A stretch of 64,000 nucleotides of DNA, taken from positions 81,096,001-81,160,000 of the forward strand of contig OX597820.1 of the NCBI GenBank assembly GCA_951406725.2, given 5' to 3'. Source of the stretch: Octopus vulgaris (Eukaryota). A program made the position numbers and the translations under genes. Below the pieces are notes generated by a model. The model worked only from the letters and a program-made list of their open reading frames with translations, did not search any database and was not told the origin of the DNA. Shown here one piece after another: positions 1 to 13,183 of this stretch (position 1 is its first letter; the number at the start of each line of letters is the position of its first letter).

Positions 1-1934
1 GATCTGCTTCACTATTAGTATTTATCTTTCCATCATCCAAGCTATCGGATGATTTAGCAATTTGCTAATGTGTATATTTAATATTAATATAAACAGCTGT
101 TTACAATGTTTCACCAGAAAGGAAGATTATAAATATCACTATAAATGTGACTAGGGTGTTAGGAAACACCTACATTGCTAGAAATAATAACCAAAGTGGT
201 CTAATGCTGTAGTTAAAGCACATGAGTGTAAACATATATGCTAATAGAGATCATACACATACATTGGGTGTGTGTGTGATCAATAACGTTTATAACACTA
301 GCACGGCTACTAATTGATATTTGGATTTATTCCTACATATGCACCATAGGGGCTTAACAACAAGTGGTTTTTACACTATTTTGCATATAGTCATGGACTG
401 GTGATTCAGTTCATCTCCAATTCAGTCCAGGTACATGATGTTGATAAACCACAAAAATGGCAAAACATCAAGGTCCATTGCTCCTGAATGGAATTAGGGG
501 TAAGTTGTCTTACCTGTCTATGACTTTCAGTTGTTTTAACATTCAGCACTTTAGGGGACTCATCCCCACCATTCTAAACCACAGTATACCGGCGAATAAG
601 CAAAACACACAAACTGTGTAAGTGTGGTCAATAATGTTTACAACACCAGTACTGCTTCTAATTCATATTTGAATATACATATAATATATATAGATGCTTG
701 TGTGTGTATGTATATGTGTGTTTGTGCAGACAATTCCCAGATGGTATAATGGCAGGTCTAATTATTTGTAAAGTCTTTTAATAGAATTAGATTCCTTTTG
801 TTAAGCTTTAATTCCTATTTGAGCTAGGTTTTGGTTTGCATTTCCTTGACTGATTCACTAACCCAAAAGACATCTAATATCTTATAAAATCATGTTTCAC
901 TGTGTTCATTCCCCTCCTCCACCATTCTTGCATATCTGTTATCTATATCATACAGAATAAATCCAATTCCAGCCAATGGTTTTGCAAAGTTTTGTAACAT
1001 TTTCATTGATATTGCTTTTGGAAATGTTTTTGTTTTACCTATTTCTTAATGTTTTTACCAGAATATACGACATTCATTGAAGACTAAGAAATAACCAAAA
1101 ATGTTGTTTATCAAAGATTGAAATGGGATTTTTGCTTGTACCGGTTGATTGCTAAAGGTATAATGGCTATCATACACATAATTTCCACAGAGAGTTTACA
1201 TACGTAAATATCAATTCCTTCAATCTCCATATTATTCCAAAATTGAAATCTGTCAGTAAACTTCTTTGTTTCTTTCTGTAGCACATTGCTTATATACATA
1301 CATACATACATATATACACACACACACACAAACACACACACAAACACACACACATATATATATATGCATTTGTATCCATATGTGTGTCTACGTGATTACA
1401 TGTATGTATTAAAAGAAAGGACCAAAGGTCCTTCCTGAGTAATAGGTCGTAAGGCCAGTTTCCTTGGATTCTGTAGCATATATTTATTTTGTGTGTGTAT
1501 GCATGTGTGTGCGTGCATGCGTGCGCATGCCTATGTATGGATATATTCATATGTATATGCTAACTCTCACCTGCTTCCAAGCAAGGTAATATTTTCTCAT
1601 ACCAAGATATGTTTTCCGAAGCGACTGAAACTGAGTGACACTGCTTGTATGATGACGACATACATTTGCAACTCTAGGGTGATGTCAAGACAAGATGGTA
1701 CACACACATGCAAACACGCGCACACACATACATATGATGAGCTTTTTTCAGTGCCTCTCTATTATATTTACTTGCAAGGGTTTGATTAGCCTGGGGCTGT
1801 GGTAGAAAACACCAGCTGAAGGTGGCATGTAGTAGAACTGAGCCCAAAACAAGCAGTGGAAAGTTATTTAAGACATGAAACAAGGATTCTGGAAAAGAAT
1901 GCTGAACATTTGAAATAATTTGTGACCATTTAAA

Positions 1935-3500
1935 CTGTTACCATGAAAAAACAAATATTTGAGAGCAATTAAAAAAAAGGCAGAAAAGGAGAAAACTACA
2001 GGACCAGATGTCTATGGTCTCAAGCTGAAGGAATTTACAAATCTCCATGAAACAACAAAATGAATGCATGTCAAAGAGGAATGCAGTACTGTAGCTAGCA
2101 AATGAACCAGCCGAATACTGAAAGACAAGCTGAAAGGAAATGCTGTCTTCAATTACATGACTGCCAATTATGGGAAAACTTCTGGTAGGGATGATTACCA
2201 AAGAGGTATAGCAACACTTATATGAGAAACATCTAATACTTGATAAAGAGAAAGGTTGTTGAAAAAAAGAAAGCATAGGAATGAAAGATCAATTAATGAT
2301 TAGCAAGATGATCTTGAGGAATTGCAGGAAGATTATTATCAAATTTATGCATCATGTGGATCAGTTATAGAAAAGTTTATGATTTTGTTCCATAGAAGTG
2401 TTCAAGATTTTGAAGTAGAATTGATATAGTGGTGAGAGAAAGCTTAGCAGATATACAAATCAGAAAAGGAATCTTGCAAAGGAACGGTCTTTCTCCTGTC
2501 TTGTTTGTCATCACTTTGTTGATCATGTTGAACAATGCTAAGGAAGGATATTCACTGGATCTATAAACAAGACAATTTTAAAGCTCAGCGGTAAAGACAA
2601 GAATGAATTCTTTGGTGCATACCTTAAGAATATTTAGTAGTCATGTTGGGATATGTGGAACTGTGAAATGTACTATGATGGAGATGAAGCAGGAAAAATT
2701 ATTACAAAGCTAGACTGTATCTACCTTATGATAAGAATATAAAATATCAAATGGAGAAGAAACATAGATATTTGGCAATACTGGAACTAAATATTGAATT
2801 GAAGGAAATCCTCTGTAAACAGTATTTCTATAGATAGAAAAAGATTTTAAAATACAACTTGCATGTCAGAAATATGCAAACAATCAGCTTGAGGGCAGTA
2901 ACATTTACAAGGTATGGAGAAAGGATGAGTTGGAACTTATCAACAGGGAATCGAGAAAATAAGAAAGAATCTCACAATGTACAGAAGCATACAAATTCAA
3001 TTAAATGTGGATTGAAAAGAACAGGAGGAAGGGGTTTAAGAAGTGCTGAAGAGGCAGTAAAAATGCAGAAAATACTTTAGGTTTCTATTTAGGAAAACAG
3101 TTCTTCTTAAGGATTATTCATGGAATAAGTAGAATCAAATAGAAAAAAAAAGCAAGAGAAAATGTGTACAAAAGGAAATCAAACTTTAAAAGGAAAGAAA
3201 CTTTCAAAAAGACAAAGGATGATAAAGACAGATGGTTCTGGTTAAAGAAACAAGTACTGAAGAAAATAACTGAGGAAATGGTTGTAGCAGCACACACAAG
3301 AACAATCCTAAGGGTAAACTGGCTGTACTATAATACAGATGAGAGTTTAACTCAGGTTGTATCTGGATGTTCAGTTAGCTGAGGATAAGTTGCTGCAATA
3401 ATTCATTGAATTTTCACAAAATGTTTGGTTTTGTATGCTCAGAAAAGGGCTATGATGATTTTGCAAGAATAAAAATTAAAGCCCTTGTAAATGAAGTTTT
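1935..3500 (+). mobile_element. Highly degraded R4/Dong-like non-LTR retrotransposon
   Basis: Remnants KDQLMISKMILRNCRK, IQIRKGILQRNGLSPVLFVI (cf. IRRGIFQGDSLSPLLF), WFWLKKQVLKKITEEMVVAA (cf. WLKKGxLKKETEGxxxAAQ). Confidence 0.65.
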
Positions 3501-3519
3501 TATGGAACTCTCAATTCCA

Positions 3520-4345
3520 ACAGCAATATCTACATCAAACCAACAGACTTAAAACAAAATCTGTTATTATCTTCACGCCATCCAAATTATATGGATATAA
3601 ATATTGTTTAACCAGGCAAGAACAATCTGCACAATTGTATCCAATCCCAAAACTCTGAGAAATAACTTCATGAACTTAAGAGAATATTACTTGAAAGACA
3701 CTGCCCAATAGCTTTAATGAATAATGGACTAGAATGACCAAAAACAATAGACACCCAAGTATTACAAAAAGCAAGAAGTACCCTTGATATACTCAACACT
3801 TTACCTTTATTATCAACATAATCCAAGAAGTACAGAAACATACAACATCATCCATAAGAATATTCCATTTTTGATGAATAATCCACAAATATAAACAACA
3901 CTCAAAACACACAAAATAGACAACCAAAATCTTTTAAATACATTACTGGCACCAAATTACCCAGCAAAAATGCAACCTCAATTGTACAATAATCCAAAAG
4001 TATAATTGCCTTAATTGTGGAACCTGCATCAACCTCATTAAAAGCTTGATGTGAATTTAAATTAAGACAAAATATTTATCACTTGTGCAATAAGAATTTT
4101 ATGAAGACTACATAGACGAATGGTATTAACATTGGGACACAAAATGATGGCCATCTATAATTATAAGACCCAAGTACCAGAAAAATACCCATTAGTAAAC
4201 AACTGGATCTTTGTTCAACTAATTAATATCCCTAATTCCAAATTTTCCCTTTATATGATTGTATCACAAACACTTCAGTCCAATTCTGATTAAATAAGGA
4301 AAATATATTTAAGAAATATAAACCAAAACTAAAACTAAGAGATTG
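3520..4345 (+). mobile_element. Degraded Penelope-like element (RT thumb to GIY-YIG)
   Basis: IYIKPTDLKQNLLLSSRHP, ICTIVSNP, QPKSF and CGTC remnants with many stops and frameshifts. Confidence 0.65.
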
Positions 4346-7159
4346 AGAAAATACAGGTATATTCAACTCAATCAGACAAGTAGAAAAGAATAAAAGTAAA
4401 TCAAAAGTTGAGGTAATGGGCTTCCTGCAGTATTTGAAACCCTAACTTAAACTACTGTGTAATTACAGTTTTTTTAATCCTATTTGTTAACATCATGCTA
4501 GAATTGACCAATTGGATTATGTTTTAGTTAGAACCAGACTCTGGAAAAAAACAACAAAAATGTTGTTGTTAAGCATTCAGCAGTTAGGACATGAGGAAAT
4601 TAAAATGAATCAGCCAACTGGAACATTGGGAAAAAAAGCAGTGACCAGGACATTTGATAAACAAATGAGGTGTCCAGACTATCAAGCAACCAGAACAAAT
4701 GACATCACCAGGCAGTCAACCAACCAGAATGCTAGGCCATAGGCAAGCAAAAACAAGAGTCCTAAGTTACCTTAAAATATAATGTGTCTGTGTATTAGTA
4801 TCTATCTTTGTCAGTTGTAGTCTCTATATATTTGTGTCTCTGTCTTGTTTTTATGTTCGTCTCTCTATTTGTCTCCATATCTGTATTTAATTATTCAGAT
4901 ATATGATTTATGGCCCCAAACTTTTTCCCCTTACCTATGCATTTAAAGTCTGTATTTCAACTGAAATTTATCTATATTGTCCTACTGCCATAGTCTTCGA
5001 CTCTTTCTGTAGGTCTTCTTTATCAAAAGTGTATCGTGTTTTGTAATATTCCAGGTCTATTTCCTTCTTGGTATTTAGAATATTTAACTCATATCCTTTG
5101 GCCAACATTCTGTTATTTTGCTTATCAGGTGTTGGTTCATCTTTTAAATGGCCATGAATTGCTTTTTGTCATCATCTTGTTGCATTTTATTTGCTTTTAG
5201 AGTGAGTTTCCTCCTTTTCTTTATGATAGATCCCCACACCTCTCCAAATTCCACAATTTCTCCACTTTCCCACAGGACAATTGGTTGGGGGAAAGAAAAA
5301 CTCTGGCTTATCAGATTCTGGGAACAAGGTAGAGGCAGACTTTCTGGCCCCGAGCAAAGCCAAAGTTAATATTGCTTGTTATTTATGTTGTGGACCACTC
5401 TCCTCCTCCATCAACTCATCATTGTCACTGCTAGTTGTGATAGGGGAATGTGTCCCCCTGACATTTTGGTCAGCTCTTGGGACAAAGGATAAGGCAATCT
5501 TCCTTGTCAAGTCTGAAACTTCATCTGATGGGACATTTAGAACAGCAACCTTTGGATCCTTCTGCAATTGCTTTTTAACTTCAAGGAGTAGAAAGCCCTC
5601 AAGTGGATTTTTCTAACTCAAGTATAATATCACCACTTATTTCATTACTCTAGGTTTTGTAAGTATATTGGGGCAGTGTTCTGCTATGACTCTGTGGTCT
5701 TAAAGGGTCATAAGAACTTGGAAATATGTACTAACACCCCTCCTAACCTCTCAATGTTATTTTCATGATCTCCAGACTTATTGCCTGCTCACATTGTTCC
5801 ACAAAGATGAAGACAAATTAGTGATTAACAACACTACCAATGTCTCTTACTGTTATCTTATCATCTTAGTGTTTTGTTATCTTATATGCTGGAGTCTGAG
5901 TCACTGCCAAGATGTTTTATACATTATTTTACTGATGGTTGCTTACAGTTTGTCTGTCATGTTGGCAATATTGTTCCACATATAACCCATAGCTTCCTTC
6001 AAACCCTTTTGAGGTTCTACTGAACTTTGTTCCATAATTAATAAGTCATAAGTATGTCAGTTTCTCCTTGCCAGATCCCAAACAGATTATTTGGGTAAGG
6101 AAACAAAGAGTTTATTAACACAGGTTTGCTATAATTTTTCTCTGGGGTTGGGGTCTTGTTCATATTTAGAAACACCTTGTTTGAAGTATTAAGAAAATAC
6201 TATTTTTCCATTGATGTTTGTGAAAAATGCTTGTGTATATGATGGCTACTCTTGCAGATCTAGTTATAAAGCATGCATTAAAGGTACTTTTAGTGCTTGA
6301 AAAGTCCCTATTTTTCCCTTTCAAAATGTTTGTGCATCAGTGCGAAGTATTTGTGCATATGTTATTTTTATCTTGCTTGTATTTGAGTGCTTGTATTCAA
6401 GTGATTAGTTAAGGGGATATCCTACCTGTTATGTTGCTATATTGCTAAAAAAAACAAAGGAAATTATATGTTGAACCAAAACTGTTTTATTACATAGTCT
6501 TTTTGCTCCCAAAAGGGCAAATATCATGATAAATTATAATATAACTTTCTTCTGTTGTAGAAATAAAATAGAAATTTCCTACATTTTAAACTAGTTAGTA
6601 GATCATATCTTGCAGAGATCAAATTAACATGCTGTGACAGCATGAGCAACAACAGTAACAATTTGCATTCTGATTGATTTGTCATGCTCAATGGACATAA
6701 ACATTTCGATCAAAGAGATGCTATTTCTATCCATATCCAAAGATCTAAATATAGAGATAACAAAAAATCAGGCATGAAATCAGTATTATTCCTATAATTA
6801 GGACACTAAGTGTATTAAAAATATAGAAAGATCAGTATTTTCAGAAGTATACAATCACCGTTAGATAACACAATTCAATGAAAACTTGAGAAGATTATTC
6901 TGCTAGGAGGCACACATCTTGCAAAAAATGTATTTTCATATAGCTACATAAGATGTTTGTATAAATATAGATATGTGTTTTATACTTCTGTACTTATATA
7001 ACCCATGCTCTATATAACTACATTATCTGAGTGTGGTGTGTTTATACACACTTATATATTAACCAAAGTATACAGTGTTGGAGATATTTACAGCTGATTT
7101 TACCAATTAGATTTGTACAGAATATTAAGTATTCAGAGAATTATCTTATAACTGTGAAA

Positions 7160-7702
7160 TCGAAATCAAAATGAAAGTGAAATTCGATGATGGGCATGAG
7201 CACCATACAAGCGTAATCATTGACAGAGTGGCTAACTGGCTTCCGTGCCAGTGGTACATAAAAGGCACCATTCGAGTGTGATCGTTACCAGCTTCACCTT
7301 ACTGGAACTTGTGCCCCGTGCTAGTAGGGTGCTAAGAGCACTATCTGAGCATGATCATTGCCAGAGCGGCTAACTGGCTTCCATGACATGTAGGAGGCAC
7401 CATTCGAGTGGGATCGCTACCGGCATCGCCTAATTGGCACCTGTACCGTTGGCATGTATAAAAAAAAAAAAATTCGAGCGAGGTTGTTGCCAGTACCGCC
7501 TGACTGGCCCCCGGGCTGGTGGTACGTAAAAGCACCCACTACGCTCTTGGAGTGGTTGGCGTTAGGAAGGGCATCCAGCTGTAGAAACTCCGCCAGATCA
7601 AGACTGGAGCCTGGTGCAGCCATCTGGTTCGCCAGCCCACAGTTAAACCATCCAACCCATGGAGAGCAGATGTTAAACGATGATGATGATAATGATGATG
7701 AT
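7160..7702 (+). mobile_element. RTE 3'-UTR-only copy or RTE-tailed SINE
   Basis: Hairpin-unit array followed by CACCCACTAC..GTTGGCGTTAGGAAGGGCATCCAGCTGTAGAAAC..GTTAAAC(GAT)n as in 12800-12968. Confidence 0.85.
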
Positions 7703-8260
7703 GTGTGTGTCACAGTTGACTGGCATGGAAAAAATGATGACTAATTTCCATAAATGGAAGTGATGAAGTGTTACATCTAGTTTGTGGGTGCTGTGTAAAA
7801 GATGAAACAAAGTCACAGGTGGTAATTGAAGAGGATTCATCAGGAGTTATATTCCTTGCTCTGGAAAAGCCTGAGTAATGGCTGCCAGCAAAATCCCAAC
7901 TTCAATTTTACTGACAACAACCATTCAGGTTTCTTGGGGACAAAGAACATAACTTTGATATATCCAATTGTTTCATTGTCTTCTGTGACTTCATTTCATC
8001 TTTTTCACAGCATTCACTAGATATGAGCTTCAGTAACGGAGAACAGCCACTATTTTTTCCATGATAGCCAACTCTCACGAGTGCAGTTATTTGATTATTT
8101 ACTATCCTGTCCAAAACCAATTGGTAAAATTGACAACAAGGGAGCTATAATAATGTATGTTTTGATGAATATACCAACTCTATTGACAAATATATGAATG
8201 CCTATTTTTCTGACTTATGGATTCTTAGATGATTAAACACACACACATACTTTTATTTAT

Positions 8261-8424
8261 TTATGTATGTATGTATGTATGTATGTGCGTATGTGTGTAA
8301 GTGTGTGTGTATGTATGTGTGTGTGTATGTGTGTATGTATGTATATGTGTTGTATGTATGTATGTGTGTATGTGTGTATGTATGTGTGTGTATGTATGTA
8401 TGTATGTGTGTGTATGTATGTATT

Positions 8425-8455
<31 letters not shown>

Positions 8456-8483
8456 ATGTATTTGTGTGTGTATGTGTGTGTAC
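8261..8483. repeat. Compound (TATG)n/(TG)n microsatellite
   Basis: Direct inspection. Confidence 0.95.
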
Positions 8484-8879
8484 ATAGCTTGTTTGTGGTC
8501 AGTAATAAAGTTTTCCTTCTAGAATGTATTAATATTCTTGTAACGCGTGTATTTAAGTGCTATAGCATCTTAAGTTAAAATTCTCAAGCATTATTTTCTA
8601 GTTCTAAGCAAGCTCTTCATTAACCTTGTAGAGACTTAGAGACTCCTTTCTTTATTTTAGACTGTATTAATATTCATGTAATATATATTCATCTAAGAAT
8701 TGTATTTGTTCTAAGTAAAAATTTTCAAGAAGTTTTTGTTTTTTTATCTTCTTGACCCTGTATGTTTGAGGAGTTGGGGAAATAATGTTTCATTTGAGCA
8801 GTTATATTAATATTTGTATATCTGAATATGTGTAAGAGCAGTTTACCTGCAGACAAACATTTCCACAAAACTTCTTTTC

Positions 8880-9220
8880 AGATGAGAAATGGACAGATAA
8901 AGTGATTAAGGTACTTACTGTATGATAGAATACAAAACAAAGTCACAGGTGGTAATTAAGTTTAAATTAGTCTTGGAAACCATAACTGTAACAATTATCT
9001 CTGCTTATGCCCTTGAATCAGGACTCCTAGATGAACAAAAGGACTGTTTTTATAATGCCCTTTCACAGACTCCCTTGATGACAAATGACAATGTCCTTAT
9101 CTTTGTGGCTGGTGATGTCAACAAACATGACCAAATGATCTGCAACACTAATTTTAAGACATCACCTAATTACCTATAAATCTGGTGGACACACAAGCCA
9201 GAATGACTACATTCTGAAAG
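8880..9220 (+). mobile_element. Older degraded RTE endonuclease fragment
   Basis: TIISAYALESGLLDEQKDCFYNALSQT..LIFVAGDVN..ICNTNFK parallels the APE domain at 9580-10020. Confidence 0.85.
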
Positions 9221-9574
9221 CAAGATAGCATCTCAAGCCTCGTGCTTGTTGTAGAATGGAATATTATTTTCAATAAAAATAGATAAATTATAATTAAAAG
9301 GAAAAAATGTATGGTTTTCTACATTTTTCCAATTCAGATAAAGGATAATTTGTAGTTGTCACAAGAGAATCATTGTGATATTGATCACCTCCTCGTTGCT
9401 CTGATCAGTCATTTTAGCCAATTTATAAATAGACAAATTCATTCTATTTATGATTATTGCATTGAAATAATAATAATATATCAGAGTCTAATAACATGGT
9501 AATTAATAGGTGAATTCTTAAATTCATTGGATATATTTTTATTGTACTTAAACACTACTTCATCATAAAACTAT

Positions 9575-12500
9575 ACGGCGTGGGTATACTTATCGCTGAG
9601 AAATGGGTAGATAGAGTAATTGAGGTAATCAGAGTAAGTGACAGAATACTTAAGATTAGAATAGTGCTTCATAATAGATTAGCAACCATTATATCAGCCT
9701 ATGCCCCTCAGCCAGGGCTACCCGATGGACAGAAAGACAGTTTCTATGACACCCTACTGCAGACCACCTCATTGACGAACGACAGGGACCTTCTCTTTGT
9801 GGCTGGTGATTTCAATGGGCATGTTGGACGACATGCTGGGGGCTTCCATGGCGTACATGGAGGCTACGGTTATGGTTCCCGCAACGAGGAGGGAACCAGG
9901 CTGCTGGAGTTCTGCGATGCGAATAGTCTTATGGTCTGCAACACTAACTTCAGGAAACCAACAAGCCACCTGGTCACCTACCGATTGGGCCGGCATACTA
10001 GCCAAATTGACTACATCCTTGCCAGAAAAAGGGAAAGATGGCTGCTTATAAATGCCAAAACCTTCCCAGGCGAAGAATGCACCCCACAACATAGACTGGT
10101 AGTTAGTGACTTTAGGATCAGGACTAAGAGGGTGACTAGAAGATGACCAACAAGGAGAAGAAGGGTCTGGAAGCTTAAAGACCCTGCGAATGGACAGAGA
10201 TTTAGAGACATGTTACTTGAAGCCTTTGACGAAATGGAAGGGGGTATAGCTACGCATGGGGTAGAAGACAACTGGGCGCTTCTGAGGGACAACCTGCTGA
10301 AAGCCACTGACCAGATCTGTGGCTGGTGCAAAGTCCCTTTAAGACCCAAAATAACGTGGTGGTGGAACAATATTGTTGACTGGGCTATTAGACAAAAGAA
10401 ACAGGCTTGGAAGGCTTGGAAGAACGGTGGTAGCAGGGAAGTGTATCAGACTGCCAGAAGGGAAGCTAGGAGACAGGTCTATCTAGCCAGAGGGGAAGCA
10501 GATAAGAGAAAATTTGCCAATGTCCTGCGCCGTGAGGATGAAAGACTTGAGGTATTTCGTGTTGCAAGACAGTGTGTGAGAGAGAATCGTGATGTGGTAG
10601 GAGAGAAATGTGTTCGCAAGGATGACGGTTCATTTGCGCTAAATGAGGATGCAAAGAGAGAGGCTTGGAGACGCCACTATGAAAGGTTGCTGAATGAGGA
10701 AAATGAATGGAATAAAGAGAGTCTGCCGAATGTTGACCCAACAGAGGGACCAGCTATCCGAGTTGATAGTTCCGTGGTAGCTAAGGCAATTAGAAGCATG
10801 AAGACAGGGAAAGCCCCAGGCCCATCAGGAATTACTGCAGAGATGCTCAAAATATCTGGTAGTGTCGGCTATAGCATAGTCACCCATATAGTTAACCAGG
10901 TGATACACGAAGGAGTCATACCCAATGACTGGTGTAGCAGCATAATAGTCAACTGCTACAAAGGTAAAGGTGACGCCCTAGATACAAATAACTACAGGGG
11001 CATCAAGCTGTTGGATCAGGTAATGAAGGTTACGGAGAGGGTTATAGCCCAATTAATTAGAGAGAGAGAGTTAGCTTAGATGAAATGCAGTTTGGGTTCG
11101 TGCCAGGGAAAAGTACTACTGATGCTATATTCCTGGTAAGACAGCTGCAGGAGAAATACCTAGCCAAAGGTAAGCCCTTGTACCTGGCTTTTGTTGACTT
11201 GGAGAAAGCCTTTGACAGGGTCCCCCGATCCCTTATCTGGTGGTCAATGAGGAAACTAGGGATAGATGAATGGTTAGTGAGAGCTGTGCGAGCCATGTAC
11301 AGAGACGCTGCTAGTAAGGTGAGGGTTGGCAATGAGTACAGTGAAGAATTCCGGGTAGAGGTTGGGGTCCACCAAGGTTCAGTCCTCAGCCCCCTCCTAT
11401 TTATCATAGTCCTCCAGGCAATAACGGAAGAATTCAAGACAGGATGCCCCTGGGAGCTCCTCTATGTTGATGACCTTGCTCTAATTGCTGAGTCACTATC
11501 AGAACCGGAGGAGAAGTTTCAGGTGTGGAAACAAGGATTAGAATCAAAGGGCCTTAGAATCAACCTAGCCAAAACCAAAGTCCTAATAAGTAGGAAGGTG
11601 GACCAACCACAAACGACTTCAGGTAGATGGCCCTGCTCGATCTGTAAAAAAGGTGTAGGTAGAAATTCTATAAGGTGCACCAAGTGTAAGCTATGGACAC
11701 ATAAGAGGTGCAGCAATGTCAAAGGTAGGCTAACTGGGAAGATAGTTTTCGTATGTGGCAGATGCTCAGGAGAAATAAACACTGGAAATGTGCAGAGACC
11801 AACTTCTACCACGTTCCAGGGAGACAAACTAGAAGTAGTTGATAGCTTCCGCTACCTAGGAGACCAAGTCAGTAGCGGGGGTGGGTGTGCTGAAAGTGTA
11901 ACTGCTAGAGTAAGAATAGCCTGGGCAAAGTTTAGAGAGCTCTTACCCCTGCTGGTGACAAAAGGCCTCTCGCTCAGAGTAAAAGGCAGACTGTATGACG
12001 CATGTGTACGTACAGCCATGCTACATGGTAGTGAAACATGGGCCGTGACTGCTGAGGATATGCGTAAGCTCGCAAGAAATGAAGCCAGTATGCTCCGATG
12101 GATGTGTAATGTCAGTGTTCATAATCGTCAGAGTGTAAGTACCTTGAGAGAAAAGTTGAACCTAAGAAGCGTCAGTTGTGGTGTGCAAGAGAGACGGCTG
12201 CGCTGGTATGGTCATATGACGAGAATGGCTGAAGATAGTTGTGTGCAAAAGTGCTACACCCTAGCAGTTGAGGGAACCTGTGGAAGAGGTAGACCCAGGA
12301 AAACCTGGGACGAAGTGGTGAAGCACGACCTTCGAACTTTAGGTCTCACCAAGGAAATGACTAGAGACCGAGACCTATGGAAGTATGCTGTGCGTGAGAA
12401 GACCCGGCAAGACTAGTCAGGCCATAACCCGTGGTCCCTACCTGGGACGTAGTCAGTCCACCTGTGCATACCTTCCTTCTTGTGACACTTGTGAAGACCT

Positions 12501-12968
12501 GTTGAGGCAAGTGAAAATCAAAAAATCAAAAAATCAAACAAAATCAAAATAGATGAACATCAATGGAATTTGTATCTTTGTGGTACCAGTGCCTGTGACA
12601 CACAAGAAAACCATCCGAACGTGGCCGTAGCCAGTACCGCACCGACTGGCCTCCATGCTGTGGGCACGTAACAATCACCATCCGATCGTGGCCGATCGCC
12701 AGCCTCATCTGGCTCCTGTGTTGGTGGCACATAAAAAACACCATCCGAGCGTGGTCGTCTGCTAGCCTTGTCTGGCACCTGTGTCGGTGGCACATAAAAT
12801 CACCCACTACACTCTCGGAGTGGTTGGCGTTAGGAAGGGTATCCAGCTGTAGAAACACTGCCAGATCTGACTGGCCTGGTGCAGCCTTCGGGCTCCCCAG
12901 ACCCCAGTTGAACCGTCCAACCCATGCTAGCATGGAAAGCGGACGTTAAATGATGATGATGATGATGA
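9575..12968 (+). mobile_element. RTE-clade LINE, 5'-truncated, young (APE endonuclease + RT + PHD-type finger, 3' UTR, (GAT)n tail)
   Basis: APE motifs SAYAPQ, GDFNGHVG, SQIDYIL, QHRLVV; RT motifs KAPGPSGI, NYRGIKLL, QFGFVPG, FVDLEKAFDRVP, QGSVLSPLLF, YVDD, FRYLG; ends GGACGTTAAA(TGA)n. Confidence 0.96.
9580..12416 (+). pseudogene. Disrupted RTE ORF (APE-RT)
   Basis: One in-frame TGA at 10144-10146 and a frameshift in the (AG)n run near 11058-11070 split one ORF into three; catalytic motif is YVDD here versus YADD in the second copy. Confidence 0.92.
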
Positions 12969-13183
12969 TATATATATACACACACACACACACTAGAAGA
13001 AATACCCGGCATTGCCCAGGTTAAAGAGAATAATAAAATTTAAACTGCTGTCTAGATTATGCAGGTCTCAACTGCTAGTAGCTGAGACACCAACCTTCTA
13101 CATTACTAATTCCCCAACCCATCCCAGCATGGAACATAGACGTTAAGTGAAGTGTTAAAAGAAAGTTTTCAACTCATATATGT

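Noticed and set aside
514-573. 60-nt minus-strand exon candidate (NGGDESPKVLNVKTTESHRQ) with ag/gtaag ends
   Set aside because: Phase 0 is incompatible with the phase-1 caspase donor (joining gives a stop), there is no caspase motif, and the polypyrimidine tract is weak
7200-7530. Repeat-spacer-like pattern suggesting CRISPR
   Set aside because: Eukaryotic LINE 3' UTR; units are homologous along their whole length and there are no cas genes
8011-8064. Plus-strand terminal-exon candidate HSLDMSFSNGEQPLFFP*
   Set aside because: Good acceptor but no recognisable homology or partner exons
9769-11827. Antisense and alternative-frame ORFs over the RTE
   Set aside because: Shadow frames of the GC-richer RTE coding sequence
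12800-12860. Possible twister or HDV-like ribozyme around GGAAGGGCATCC
   Set aside because: I could not place the twister or HDV consensus elements by eye; needs a covariance-model search
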